NCBI GenBank assembly: GCA_964520425.1
Contig: CAZFMX010000004.1
Coordinates: forward strand, 7,526-71,525
DNA: 64,000 nucleotides
Direction of reading: 5' to 3'
From: an uncultured Desulfobacteraceae bacterium
GTDB lineage: Bacteria; Desulfobacterota; DSM-4660; Desulfatiglandales; HGW-15
Shown: piece by piece, positions 55,095 through 64,000 of the stretch
How positions within the stretch are numbered: the stretch's first letter is position 1
Layout of the letters: each line of letters starts with the position of its first letter
Program-made: the position numbers and the translations under genes
The notes under the pieces: generated by a model
The model's input: only the letters and a program-made list of their open reading frames with translations
Database searches by the model: none
What the model was told of the DNA's origin: nothing

Positions 55095-56204
55095 ATGGCA
55101 AAGATCTTCCTTATAACTGCTGCTAGACCCAACTTTATGAAAGTTGCTCCTCTTTTCCATGCGTTGAAGAAAGAGAGGTGGGCTGCTCCTCAGATCATAC
55201 ACACGGGACAGCATTACGATATTGGGATGTCAGATTTCTTTTTTAAGGATCTTCTTCTTCCTCACCCTCATATAAACTTAGGAATCGGAAGCGGCACCCA
55301 TGCTGAACAGACTGGCAATGTCATGATCGCCTTTGAAAAAGTCGTCACCAAAGAACAGCCTGATCTTGTTGTTGTCGTCGGTGATGTAAATTCCACGATG
55401 GCCTGCACCATCGCTGCTGTGAAGTTGGGCTGCAAGGTCGCCCATCTAGAAGCAGGGCTTCGTTCTTTTGATCGGAACATGCCGGAAGAAATCAATCGCG
55501 TTGTTACGGACGCTCTTTCAGACATCCTATGGACGCCTTCGCCAGATGCAGATCAAAACCTGCTTAATGAAGGAATTAAACCGGAAAAAATCAAGAGGGT
55601 CGGGAATATCATGATTGACTCTCTTGAACTTCTTAGAAAAGAGATCGAAAAGGAAAACATGATGAAAGAATTGCGGCTTGATGCTGGAAATTATGCCGTC
55701 GCGACCCTTCACAGGCCGGTTAATGTTGATACACAGGACAATTTGAAGAATATCTGTGATGTACTGGAATACATCGCAAGTAAATGTAAAGTCGTTTTCC
55801 CTGTTCATCCCCGTACTAAAAAAAACCTGGAAGCCTTTGGGCTGTATTCAAGGCTTGATATGAATGAACACTTGATTATGATTGCACCGTTAAGCTATGT
55901 CAAATTTATGAATCTTGTGTTTAACTCCAAATTTCTAATAACCGATTCCGGTGGAATACAGGAGGAGACGACTTACCTTGGTATCCCGTGCCTCACACTG
56001 CGGGAAAACACTGAAAGGCCTATTACGGTCTCCATGGGAACGAACCGGTTATGCAGCATAGAAAATATCCAATCACGTGTTGATGAGGTATTCCAGGTAA
56101 ATTCCACTACAGGTTCAATCCCGGAGCTTTGGGATGGACATACCGCCGACCGTGTTGTCAAAGATATTGATAAGCGATTCGGATATAGAAGATCCCTGCA
56201 GTAA
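55095..56204 (+). CDS. wecB: UDP-N-acetylglucosamine 2-epimerase (non-hydrolysing)
   Basis: It has ARPNFMKVAPL, HTGQHYD, VVVGDVNSTMA, HLEAGLRSFDRNMPEEINR, and DSGGIQEETTYLGIPCLTLRENTERP. Confidence 0.9.
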   Translation: MAKIFLITAARPNFMKVAPLFHALKKERWAAPQIIHTGQHYDIGMSDFFFKDLLLPHPHINLGIGSGTHAEQTGNVMIAFEKVVTKEQPDLVVVVGDVNSTMACTIAAVKLGCKVAHLEAGLRSFDRNMPEEINRVVTDALSDILWTPSPDADQNLLNEGIKPEKIKRVGNIMIDSLELLRKEIEKENMMKELRLDAGNYAVATLHRPVNVDTQDNLKNICDVLEYIASKCKVVFPVHPRTKKNLEAFGLYSRLDMNEHLIMIAPLSYVKFMNLVFNSKFLITDSGGIQEETTYLGIPCLTLRENTERPITVSMGTNRLCSIENIQSRVDEVFQVNSTTGSIPELWDGHTADRVVKDIDKRFGYRRSLQ

Positions 56205-56249
56205 GCAGCAGGGAATCTCACAAAGGTAAGGAAGTTTTTATTGTAATTC

Positions 56250-56315
56250 GCTTGCCCCGTTGAATTTCTTCGAGTGCACGAAGCACTATTTAACGGGGCG
56301 AGCTGTGCATTTTTA
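56250..56315 (+). terminator. Putative terminator / structured element after wecB
   Basis: The long stem GCTTGCCCCGTTGAA...TTAACGGGGCGAGC encloses CTTCG-AGTGCA-CGAAG and is followed by TGTGCATTTTTA. Confidence 0.45.
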
Positions 56316-56440
56316 TAGATTCAAAGAGACGGTATCGACAAACCTCTTTTCAAAGACCATGTCTTTTATCACTCTCTATGACAGTGGCATAAAGAGATCT
56401 TGGTCATAATCGTTCATTAAGGATATTTCGGATTTCAAAC

Positions 56441-57742
56441 ATGATTACTTCGAACCAGAACATCATTACATCAAAATGGCGACTTAGATTAGCTTTGTTA
56501 TTGTTTGTCCTTTTTATACTGAAATCATGGATCGTTTTTTGGGCGATTCCGAAGCTCAGTGAAATACGCCCTGATTTTTATGAAGAAGACAGGTTCGTTG
56601 ATGAGTATCATATCATTGCAACAAACATCCTAGAAGGGAATGGATACCGTGAATACCCAGATAGTGCTCAGACTCTTTTTCGATTACCCGGATATGTAAT
56701 GATCCTTGTAGCAGTCTTCTATGTTTTCGGGAAGAGCCTCTTTGTCATAAAACTCCTCAATATTTTTCTTTCCATTTCCACGGGTTATATCATCATTAGA
56801 ATATATCAAGAAGTCACAGGGCACTCAAAAGGCGCCCTTTTTGCTGGTTTGGTTTATTTGTTTCATCCCGGCACGATTTTGTGTGAGACTCGAGCTGCGA
56901 CGGAAATTGTTTTTACTTTTTTCGTTGCAATGTATATTCTGACTCTGCATCAGGCTTTAAAGACCGAAAGACCGTCTCAGTACTTTATATCGGGTTGCGT
57001 GTTGGGGCTTTCCGCCCTTATAAGGAGCACTCCCATATTATTCCCTTTCTTTTTGTACGCTTTTCTTCTTTTTTCGAGGAAAAGCCATAGGACGATCAAG
57101 TCCATAACCGCGAATATTGGAATGATGGTATTCGCCATGTTGCTTGTCTTATCACCGTGGGCTATTCGTAACTACATGGTCAGTGGAAAACTGATACTGA
57201 CAACGTCTCAACCAGGATCAGTTGCACAAGAGACATTATATAAAATCAAAAACCTGCAGACGGGCAAGCCATACTATGAAATCTGTTTGGAAGCTTCGGG
57301 GCAGAGGGCATTATGGGCTAAGGAACAAGGGTTCGCATTTAGAGACACTTTTCAATTATCCTTCTATTCCAGTAAAGACGAGGTTGCCTTTAGTAAATAC
57401 CTTTCCAAGAGGGTCAGGAAGGAATATTTGGAACAACCCGCACTATTCATTAAATCCATTTTCTACAATTTCTTGTGGTTTTGGTTTCAGGGCAGGACGA
57501 CCACTTCGACGATTATCAACGCCATCCTGACAGTTCCTTTATTGTTACTGGCCGGAGTAGGAATTCTTATATCCTTCAAACATTCACTGAATATATCCCC
57601 CACGACTCTCTTTATTATTTATTATGTGCTTGTGCATGTTCCTTTGATGGGATACGGACGCTTCCATTTCCCGTTGATTCCTTTATTGGCTGTTTTAGTC
57701 TGTATTCCATTTTTTCACAGGGATAGAGGAGCGCATCAATAG
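56441..57742 (+). CDS. ArnT/PMT-like (GT39/GT83) membrane glycosyltransferase
   Basis: It is polytopic, with an early loop DEYHIIATNILEGNGY typical of the family. Confidence 0.65.
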   Translation: MITSNQNIITSKWRLRLALLLFVLFILKSWIVFWAIPKLSEIRPDFYEEDRFVDEYHIIATNILEGNGYREYPDSAQTLFRLPGYVMILVAVFYVFGKSLFVIKLLNIFLSISTGYIIIRIYQEVTGHSKGALFAGLVYLFHPGTILCETRAATEIVFTFFVAMYILTLHQALKTERPSQYFISGCVLGLSALIRSTPILFPFFLYAFLLFSRKSHRTIKSITANIGMMVFAMLLVLSPWAIRNYMVSGKLILTTSQPGSVAQETLYKIKNLQTGKPYYEICLEASGQRALWAKEQGFAFRDTFQLSFYSSKDEVAFSKYLSKRVRKEYLEQPALFIKSIFYNFLWFWFQGRTTTSTIINAILTVPLLLLAGVGILISFKHSLNISPTTLFIIYYVLVHVPLMGYGRFHFPLIPLLAVLVCIPFFHRDRGAHQ

Positions 57743-58561
57743 TTGTGCTTCAATGGCACAGAAGTTTTCCATACTCCGTCCTCCTTCCCGATGAAACGGG
57801 ACTACGAAGGGTGGACAAACCAAGGCGGATATACTCATTGTGCATTTTCAATGAAGAAGAGGTGTTTAGTGTTCATCACTAAGAAATTTGCAGAGAAATT
57901 ATCAAACTACGATAGTCGAAATTCCATAGGGACAAAGCTCAGAACTAAAAGGATAGCACCTTTATTGGAAATGATAGATGAGATTTCAGCCGAACACGAC
58001 TCGGTCAATGTTATCGATATCGGCGGTACAGAAAACTATTGGAATATCGTTTCACACCAATACCTTGAAAAGAACAAGGTAGACATCACAATTGTCAATA
58101 TTCCGGGGACGGGTATGCCTCCTGACTACGGGTTTTTCAGGTTTGTTGAAGCCGATGGTTGTAATCTGGCTCAAATACCGGACAAGTCCTTTCATATCGC
58201 CCATTCTAATTCTGTGTTGGAACATGTCGGCGATTGGGAACATATGGTACGATTTTCGGAAGAACTATCAAGAGTGGCCCATAAATACTTCGTTCAAACT
58301 CCGAGCTTCTGGTTTCCAATGGAGCCTCATTTTATGACGCCTTTTTTTCACTGGTTTCCGAAATCAGTAAGGATTTGGCTCGTCCTAAGATATCATTTGG
58401 GTCACCATAGAAGGGCGGATTCAATTGATCATGCAGTAAGGATGGTGGAGAGTGTCCGGTTAATCAACAAGAAGAGGTTTCAAGAGTTGTTCATGGAGGC
58501 AGACATTATGACAGAAAGGCTGTTTTTGATGCCAAAGTCATATATTGCGTTAAAAAGATAA
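57743..58561 (+). CDS. Class I SAM-dependent methyltransferase
   Basis: It has VIDIGGTENYW (motif I-like) and AHSNSVLEHV. The real start is probably an internal ATG (57791 or 57851). Confidence 0.6.
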   Translation: MCFNGTEVFHTPSSFPMKRDYEGWTNQGGYTHCAFSMKKRCLVFITKKFAEKLSNYDSRNSIGTKLRTKRIAPLLEMIDEISAEHDSVNVIDIGGTENYWNIVSHQYLEKNKVDITIVNIPGTGMPPDYGFFRFVEADGCNLAQIPDKSFHIAHSNSVLEHVGDWEHMVRFSEELSRVAHKYFVQTPSFWFPMEPHFMTPFFHWFPKSVRIWLVLRYHLGHHRRADSIDHAVRMVESVRLINKKRFQELFMEADIMTERLFLMPKSYIALKR

Positions 58562-58573
58562 GATAGGTTTTGG

Positions 58574-59686
58574 ATGATGTACACATTTTCTTCCAAACAT
58601 AATTATTCCGGTGTGGTCATATTGATTTTGTCTGCCGTAGCCTTGGTCGGGGCCCTGATCACTCTGCTCTTTTACTATCCTAAATACTTGCCAGACGGTG
58701 ATTTGCTCCTCTCTTCTGATTTTGAAGGCGTCCTAAAGCAAGGTAATAAAGTATGCACGAAAGATTTCGGATGCTGGACCTCTACGGAGGAGGGTGTAAT
58801 ATTAGCTGAAAAGGGGGGGGGCAAAGGAAGTACAGGTGTAAGGTTGATGCCAGTTGGGGAACAGGCATCGAGCTTGCAATGGGACCTTCCAAATCCTCGA
58901 CGTTTCGATTTTCTTGAGTTAAAAGGTCGAGTTCGTGTACAAGACATCAAAACAGGTCAAGACCCCTGGAATATTGCACGTTGCCTTTTATATTTTCAGG
59001 ACCTGAGAGGAACCCGTAGATGGGATTATCCTCACTCTGCCGAGGGACTTTCAGGATCTTCACGATGGATAGAGTTTTCGAAGGTTTTTCCAGTCCCTGA
59101 TTTTGCAGTGAGTGCCCACGTCCTGATTCAGAATAGCGCCAAGTCCGGAACCATGTGGATCGATGATATTTCACTCCAACCCTTACGAGTGAATCATCAA
59201 TTCTTTCGCAACAGAAATATTCTATTAAGTGTCGGGGCTATACTCACTGTAGTCTTCCTCTTTACCTTGAGAATCTGGGAAGGTTTTGGTTGGGTGATTC
59301 CGGTTATCATTTTTTTGGGCGCCCTTGGGGTATTATGCCGTCAATCCTATTTTGAAGAAATCTCAAGTGTTTTGAACATCAGGGTTGAAGTACTTAAAAA
59401 GATCGGGCATTTCATTGTTTTTCTTGCGATGGGAACTTCATCATCTTTATGGCTTCAACGCCGTTCAACCACCCGAGGCCGCATCGGCGTGTCCATTTAC
59501 CATGCCATGAGCCTATTTGCGGTAATAGCCCTGTTTGCGGCAGTCACTGAATTCTTGCAGTTGCTTACGCTTGACCGAACACCACGGCTTATCGACTATC
59601 TAATTGATCTATCCGGAAGTCTTCTGGGTGTATTGCTCGGCTTCACTATAACAAGGGCATGTAAAACCGGACTTTCAAAATCCTAA
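58574..59686 (+). CDS. Membrane protein with extracytoplasmic beta-sandwich (CBM-like) domain fused to a VanZ-like C-terminal domain
   Basis: It has an N-terminal TM helix and a middle region ending ...SGTMWIDDISLQP. The C-terminus GHFIVFLAMG...TEFLQLLTLDRTPRLIDYLIDLSGSLLG is VanZ-like. Confidence 0.5.
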   Translation: MMYTFSSKHNYSGVVILILSAVALVGALITLLFYYPKYLPDGDLLLSSDFEGVLKQGNKVCTKDFGCWTSTEEGVILAEKGGGKGSTGVRLMPVGEQASSLQWDLPNPRRFDFLELKGRVRVQDIKTGQDPWNIARCLLYFQDLRGTRRWDYPHSAEGLSGSSRWIEFSKVFPVPDFAVSAHVLIQNSAKSGTMWIDDISLQPLRVNHQFFRNRNILLSVGAILTVVFLFTLRIWEGFGWVIPVIIFLGALGVLCRQSYFEEISSVLNIRVEVLKKIGHFIVFLAMGTSSSLWLQRRSTTRGRIGVSIYHAMSLFAVIALFAAVTEFLQLLTLDRTPRLIDYLIDLSGSLLGVLLGFTITRACKTGLSKS

Positions 59687-59889
59687 GTCGGCGACAATAC
59701 GACGAAGGGGCGCCCCCCTCCCAGTAAATCTGTCATTAAAACCAATGGTAAATGAAGAGGTGAATCCGGTATATGTTTTGCTATTAGTTGTGATCTAAAT
59801 CCACCGCCTCTGGCGGTGGACCCGGAAAGGTTCTACCGTTCCGGCGAGAAACGAATGGTTTCTTAGTACAAGGAGATAAGCTCAAAGGG

Positions 59890-60070
59890 CAGAGGCTTTT
59901 CTTCCGTTCCGAGGCTCCCGGTCTGGTCTTTTCAATGACTTATCTGCGAGGGAAACTTGCCCCCTCCGCTGTTCTTCCCGTCTCTTTGAGACGGGAAGCC
60001 AGGGCTTCCCCCACAGATAAGTCACGAAAAGAAGGCGTCCTCCCGCCAGTCACAACAGAAAAGCCTCTAT
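59890..60070. repeat. Family-A structured intergenic element, copy A2
   Basis: See A1. It has a perfect apical hairpin CTTCCCGTCTC-TTT-GAGACGGGAAG and an outer stem AGAGGCTTTTCT/AGAAAAGCCTCT. It is followed (60076-60122) by two extra GC hairpins abutting the fbp stop. Confidence 0.8.
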
Positions 60071-60131
60071 CCTTTGAGCCCCCTTCGAGGGGGCTGCTTG
60101 AGGCTTTCCGCTATGCGGAAAGAGTACTCAC

Positions 60132-61163
60132 TCAAGCCCTCCTATCCCCGCTGAGGAATACCTCCGCCGTTTCCACGTCTTCTTTGCTTCCAATATATAA
60201 CGGGACCCTTTGGTGTAAATCCGTAGGCTGAATCTCGAGAATAGGACCTTTCCCATCGCTGGCATAACCACCTGCCTCCCTCACGACCATGGCAAGAGGA
60301 TTGGCTTCAACCATCAGTCTCAGCTTTCCTGTGGGTTTATTCGGGTCTTTAAGATCCGCGGGATACATGAAAATGCCTCCTTTAAGGAGGTTTCGATGAA
60401 AGTCGGCGACCAGGCTCCCCACGTAACGGGATGTGTAGGGGCGGCCGGTTGACTTATCTTTTGCCTTGAAATAGTCCACCAAGGTCTTTGTGTCTTCATT
60501 CCAGTACTGATAGTTCCCCTCATTTAGACTGTATATCTTCCCCTTTTCAGGGATGCGGATATTTTCATGAGAAAGGAGGAACTCTCCAACACTGGGATAG
60601 AGGGTGAAGCCATTGACTCCGTTTCCTGTCGTATATACCATAATGGTGCTTGAGCCATAAATGAAATAGCCTGCGGCTACTTGCTTGATTCCAGGCTGAA
60701 GCACATCAGTGAGAAGAAAATCAACGTCTGTTTCATCACTTATCTTCCTGTAAATTCCGAATATAGTGCCGATGCTTACGTTCACATCAATATTGGAAGA
60801 GCCGTCCAGAGGATCAAAGAGGAGGATGTAGTTCCCCTTTGGATATTGAGACGGTATATCAATTAGTTCTGCGACTTCTTCTGAGCCCATGCAACAAAGC
60901 TGGCCGATATGCTGCATTCTCTCGATGATCACCCGGTTAGCGAACACATCCAGCTTCTGGACCCGTTCTTGCTGAACGTTTATCTCACCTGTAGAGCCAA
61001 GGATGTCCACCAGCCCTGCCTTGTTGACTTCCCGAGAGATGACTTTGGCTGCAACGATGAGTTCGTTGAGTAGGTAGGTAAAGGCGCCAGTGGCTTCGGG
61101 ATTCTGTCGCTCCTCCATCAACAAGTGCTGAGTAATTGTAATTCCTACACCTCTTTTATCCAT
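60132..61163 (-). CDS. fbp: Fructose-1,6-bisphosphatase class 1
   Basis: It has FBPase motifs (LLFDPLDGSSNIDVNVSIGTIFGIY, YGSSTIMVYT, YSLNEGN, RYVGSLVADFHRNLLKGGIFMYP). ATG 61163 is preceded by AAGGAGG; the ORF track extends to 61214. Confidence 0.85.
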   Translation of the reverse strand: MDKRGVGITITQHLLMEERQNPEATGAFTYLLNELIVAAKVISREVNKAGLVDILGSTGEINVQQERVQKLDVFANRVIIERMQHIGQLCCMGSEEVAELIDIPSQYPKGNYILLFDPLDGSSNIDVNVSIGTIFGIYRKISDETDVDFLLTDVLQPGIKQVAAGYFIYGSSTIMVYTTGNGVNGFTLYPSVGEFLLSHENIRIPEKGKIYSLNEGNYQYWNEDTKTLVDYFKAKDKSTGRPYTSRYVGSLVADFHRNLLKGGIFMYPADLKDPNKPTGKLRLMVEANPLAMVVREAGGYASDGKGPILEIQPTDLHQRVPLYIGSKEDVETAEVFLSGDRRA

Positions 61164-61284
61164 GGTTGCCTCCTTGTGACAATTCAAACTCAAGAAAAGT
61201 GGGTTTTTGTGCATCCTATGAGCATGAAAGCAAGATGACTACAGTTATTGATTCATGAGTCTATCAATCCTTAGCTGATTCTTC

Positions 61285-62373
61285 TCATCCGGCTTCTGCC
61301 ATATCCTCTTTATACTCGAGCCGATAGATTTCAGCGAGAGTGACAAAGATGGTTATAATCAGCGGGCCGTAAATAATGCCGAGGATGCCAAAGAGTTTCA
61401 TCCCTCCTAGAATGCCGATGAGAACAAGTAGAGAGTTCATTTTCATGCCCTTGCCGATCATTTTGGGCTTAAAGAAGTATTCCATGATGATGCTATAGGC
61501 CGCGTTATAAGTCAGGAAGCCCAACGCAAGCCCAATATTGCCCTGTAGAAGTAATATGACGGTAACAGGAAGGTAGACGACGGTTGCACCGATAATGGGC
61601 AGAAACGCCATAAATCCGATGACGGTTCCCCAGAGAACAGGGGAGCCCAGTCCGAACAAGGAGAAGCCAAAACCCCCCAGTATGCCCTGGATAACACCAT
61701 TAAGGCCATTGCCGACAACAACGGCGCTTGCCATTTCGTGGAATTTGTCTACGATGAGGTCTTGTTGTTTCCCCGGAAATGGAAGGAGTTCGCCAATATA
61801 TTCCCTAAGACGGTTGCCATCTCGAAATATGTAGTAAACAGCAAGAATCATTAAAAAGAAGTGAATGAAAAAATTGAACAGATTGGATGCCACATAGCCG
61901 AGCTGTTTAGATAAATAGAGACCCAAGTCCTTAGCCATTGAGGCAGACAATTTTTCAAGTGTTTCAATGCTGAACTCAACTCCTGCCAGCTCTCCGGTTT
62001 TTCTGACAATACGGGCCCATATGGAATCTCCCTCCAGGGCCTGGTGTATTTTCTTCAGGGAGAGGGAGTTTCTACTCGTATCGTAAAAATCGAGGGCTTC
62101 ATTGGACAGAGAGCCCACAAAACCTCCTACCGGGATGACCAATACCAAAAAAACCAATAGGGTCATAAGCAGAGCAGCTGAACGCTCATCTTCTTTTAGG
62201 CGATTTTTCAGACGGGAATAAAGGGGGTAGAAGACACTTGCTATGAGGAGCGCCAGGACCATGGCAGAGATAAAGACCCAGAAGAGCCGTAAAAGCATAA
62301 TTAGAGCAGCTAGGAGGACAATTAGGAAGAGTTTTGAAACAAAGCTTTTTTCCATCTTTCCAAGCATCTCCAA
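61285..62373 (-). CDS. AI-2E family transporter (PerM/UPF0118)
   Basis: It has about 8 TM helices and typical FLPIIGATVVYLPV and GLFGILGIIYGPLI segments. Confidence 0.85.
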   Translation of the reverse strand: MEMLGKMEKSFVSKLFLIVLLAALIMLLRLFWVFISAMVLALLIASVFYPLYSRLKNRLKEDERSAALLMTLLVFLVLVIPVGGFVGSLSNEALDFYDTSRNSLSLKKIHQALEGDSIWARIVRKTGELAGVEFSIETLEKLSASMAKDLGLYLSKQLGYVASNLFNFFIHFFLMILAVYYIFRDGNRLREYIGELLPFPGKQQDLIVDKFHEMASAVVVGNGLNGVIQGILGGFGFSLFGLGSPVLWGTVIGFMAFLPIIGATVVYLPVTVILLLQGNIGLALGFLTYNAAYSIIMEYFFKPKMIGKGMKMNSLLVLIGILGGMKLFGILGIIYGPLIITIFVTLAEIYRLEYKEDMAEAG

Positions 62374-62636
62374 GGAGATACAATATAGATGAGAGTGAAT
62401 GGGGAGTCAAAAAGAATCTGAGTTATTATATAATTGTTTAGGAGATATCATCGAGAAAGGCTTTTGAAAAGCTTTTTCGTGGAGAGGGGGAATGAACTAT
62501 CGAAGTCGTTCTGGAACAGATCTGATTTTCGGTCAAAAAACCGAAAAATGACATTTAGTAGACATAAATGTTCGATTGGACAGGAGTGAATGAATCTAAT
62601 ATCGGAAAGAGGGTAGAGAGTAGAATCCAGGAGACG

Positions 62637-63569
62637 TCATCTTCGGAGAGTAAGCCTGATTTCTGAGTCGTCGTTTAAGGGTTGAACAACCACATAGTTC
62701 CTACCAATTTCCGTAATCCTTGCTTTCCCAACCATCTCTCCTGATCTAACCATATGGCCGTTTATTATAGCGAAGGAATCCTGTGACTTGCTTGCCAACA
62801 CGATACCCTCAAGCATGTATGTGGACTCATGCATTTCGTCCGGAAGTGTTACTCCTTTTAAATCCGAGAATGACCAGTCTTGGTCGGGTGAGGTCTGAGA
62901 GAAAGACTCATTCGGAACAGATTCTGTTGTGGAAATCGATTCTACCTCGTTCAATCCAGATTTCGATATTTGCCTGCTGGGGGAGCTTGTTTCACTGAGC
63001 CTAGGAGATGATGCAAGGCTTTTCAGTAAGCCGGTATTTTGGTTCAATAACACCCATAACCCTATAATCAGAATCAGGATGCTCGACAAGACGGGAATGG
63101 CCCTCCAACGCCGTGGTGAATGATCCATTTTTCCGATGGCTGTTTCTTCCCTTTCTATTGTGACAGGCCTGAAAACAGCGCTTCTTTTCTCGGGAATTCC
63201 CCTTATTGTCGTTTTGTTAAGGTCAAGTTTCTCTTCTTCGACATAGATCTTAGCCATTTCAGTGCCCACAAATAGGAGAGTGTGTTCGCCCATTATGATT
63301 CTGTCTCCGTGTGTCAGTCTATGGGAGACAACACTTGTGTCGTTTAGGAATGTCCCGTTAGTGCTTTGGAGGTCTGTCAAGATGTAGTCAACACCTTTTC
63401 TGTCTACTCTGGCATGATAGCTGGAGACCGCCAAATCATCCAGAACGATGGTATTGTCGCCAGACCTTCCGACGGTCACGCTTTTTTTACCAAAAGAGTA
63501 GTCTTTCAAGACCTGCGAATTATGCTCTACAATCAGCCTCGCCATGGTGACCTCATTTCTCTGAAACAA
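62637..63569 (-). CDS. FHA domain - TM - GspB (T2SSB)-like C-terminal domain protein
   Basis: FHA signature: VTVGRSGDNTIVLDDLAVSSYHARV...DLQSTNGTFLN. A TM helix (AIPVLSSILILIIGLWVLL) follows. The C-terminus YMLEGIVLASKSQDSFAIINGHMVRSGEMVGKARITEIGRNYVVVQP resembles the T2SS GspB/ExeB domain. An alternative start is ATG 63545. Confidence 0.75.
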   Translation of the reverse strand: MFQRNEVTMARLIVEHNSQVLKDYSFGKKSVTVGRSGDNTIVLDDLAVSSYHARVDRKGVDYILTDLQSTNGTFLNDTSVVSHRLTHGDRIIMGEHTLLFVGTEMAKIYVEEEKLDLNKTTIRGIPEKRSAVFRPVTIEREETAIGKMDHSPRRWRAIPVLSSILILIIGLWVLLNQNTGLLKSLASSPRLSETSSPSRQISKSGLNEVESISTTESVPNESFSQTSPDQDWSFSDLKGVTLPDEMHESTYMLEGIVLASKSQDSFAIINGHMVRSGEMVGKARITEIGRNYVVVQPLNDDSEIRLTLRR

Positions 63570-64000
63570 GTCCTAAAGGTTATCCGCGGACGGCTGCCCT
63601 GCCAGATACCCGCCTGCATGAGGCATCTCATTACCAGGGGGTAGGGCACTGTAAATTCTGGCTTTTTAATTAAAAGCAAAATTTAGGCCAGGTCTGCAAG
63701 TCAGTAATATCATTGAGGATGGCATGGATGAGCCAGGCAGTCTGGTCAGTGAAGAAGCAGTAGGAAAATCCTTTCGAGATGGGCTAGGATCTCCTGCATA
63801 AAGAATATAAGGTTAAAAACAACACTTTAAAAGGGTAGATTAATTTAGTTATTTCATATAGTTATATCATAAAGAAGTTTAGAGTCTAATTATTTCTCAA
63901 AAAGGAATACACAATATATCTTCCTCTATCCATGCTCCGTTAGTCCAGCGAAGATGTCCCCACTTTTATTTGAAGCTGCAGTGTTGTCCCGAGAAAGAAG

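Noticed and set aside
29721-59686. A PEP-CTERM/exosortase system call for the EPS locus
   Set aside because: Several accessory families fit (ExeA-like ATPase, TPR, FemAB-like, Wza/Wzc-like, sugar transferase). However, I found no exosortase-like polytopic protein and no protein ending in a PEP-CTERM sorting signal in the window. The label would therefore be unsupported here.
21111-60070. Family-A copies A1 and A2 as direct repeats bounding a 38.7-kb genomic island that contains the EPS locus
   Set aside because: No integrase, transposase or tRNA lies at either end. A third, divergent copy lies outside at 19251. The elements are internally palindromic like REP or structured-RNA repeats rather than att sites. 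The enclosed region also mixes housekeeping genes with the AT-rich EPS block.
62524-62548. The hairpin TTTTCGGT-CAAAAA-ACCGAAAA downstream of the FHA-GspB gene as an intrinsic terminator
   Set aside because: The stem is AU-rich and weak, and it is not followed by a U-tract on the relevant (minus) strand. Support is too low to call it.
1-64000. A scan for tRNA, rRNA, CRISPR arrays, transposases, integrases and recognisable defence or toxin-antitoxin genes
   Set aside because: By eye I saw no cloverleaf-like T-arm/acceptor signatures, no rRNA-like conserved blocks, no regularly spaced short repeats, and no DDE, tyrosine- or serine-recombinase, nuclease or toxin motifs in the translated ORFs. 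Proper tools (tRNAscan-SE, Infernal, CRISPR finders, defence-system HMMs) should confirm this.

Overview
This 64-kb window looks like an anaerobic, Wood-Ljungdahl-type Desulfobacterota (deltaproteobacterial) chromosome; that origin is inferred from gene content only. There are three blocks. (1) 1-17.6 kb is an energy-metabolism region on the minus strand. It holds a complete hdrC-hdrB-hdrA-mvhD-metV-metF operon, the Moorella-type MTHFR/heterodisulfide-reductase module. It also holds a second metF-hdrA module that runs off the left edge, two PAS sensor kinases between the two modules, and a divergent membrane cytochrome-b/Fe-S/CCG pair. Two genes here are split in the ORF track by in-frame TGA codons that align with conserved Cys positions, so I read them as selenocysteine: the hdrA paralog at 1316-1318 and mvhD at 8177-8179. 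The two hdrA paralogs share a block of at least 985 bp of perfect identity with a sharp boundary. (2) 17.6-29.7 kb is mixed housekeeping and accessory genes: FHA protein, TraB, a PFK-2/FBPase-2 homolog, M48 protease, BI-1, a radical-SAM operon and a small AT-rich islet. (3) 29.7-59.7 kb is a large, AT-richer Wzx/Wzy-type exopolysaccharide locus with an unusual envelope module, a Wzc-like protein with a degenerate Walker A, and tandem adenylate-forming ligases. It is followed by fbp, an AI-2E transporter and an FHA-T2SSB fusion. Three families of structured intergenic repeats are not explained by the ORF track; two of them show compensatory base changes between copies. I found no tRNA, rRNA, CRISPR array, transposase or integrase. 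All calls rest on reading motifs by eye; no database search or folding program was run.
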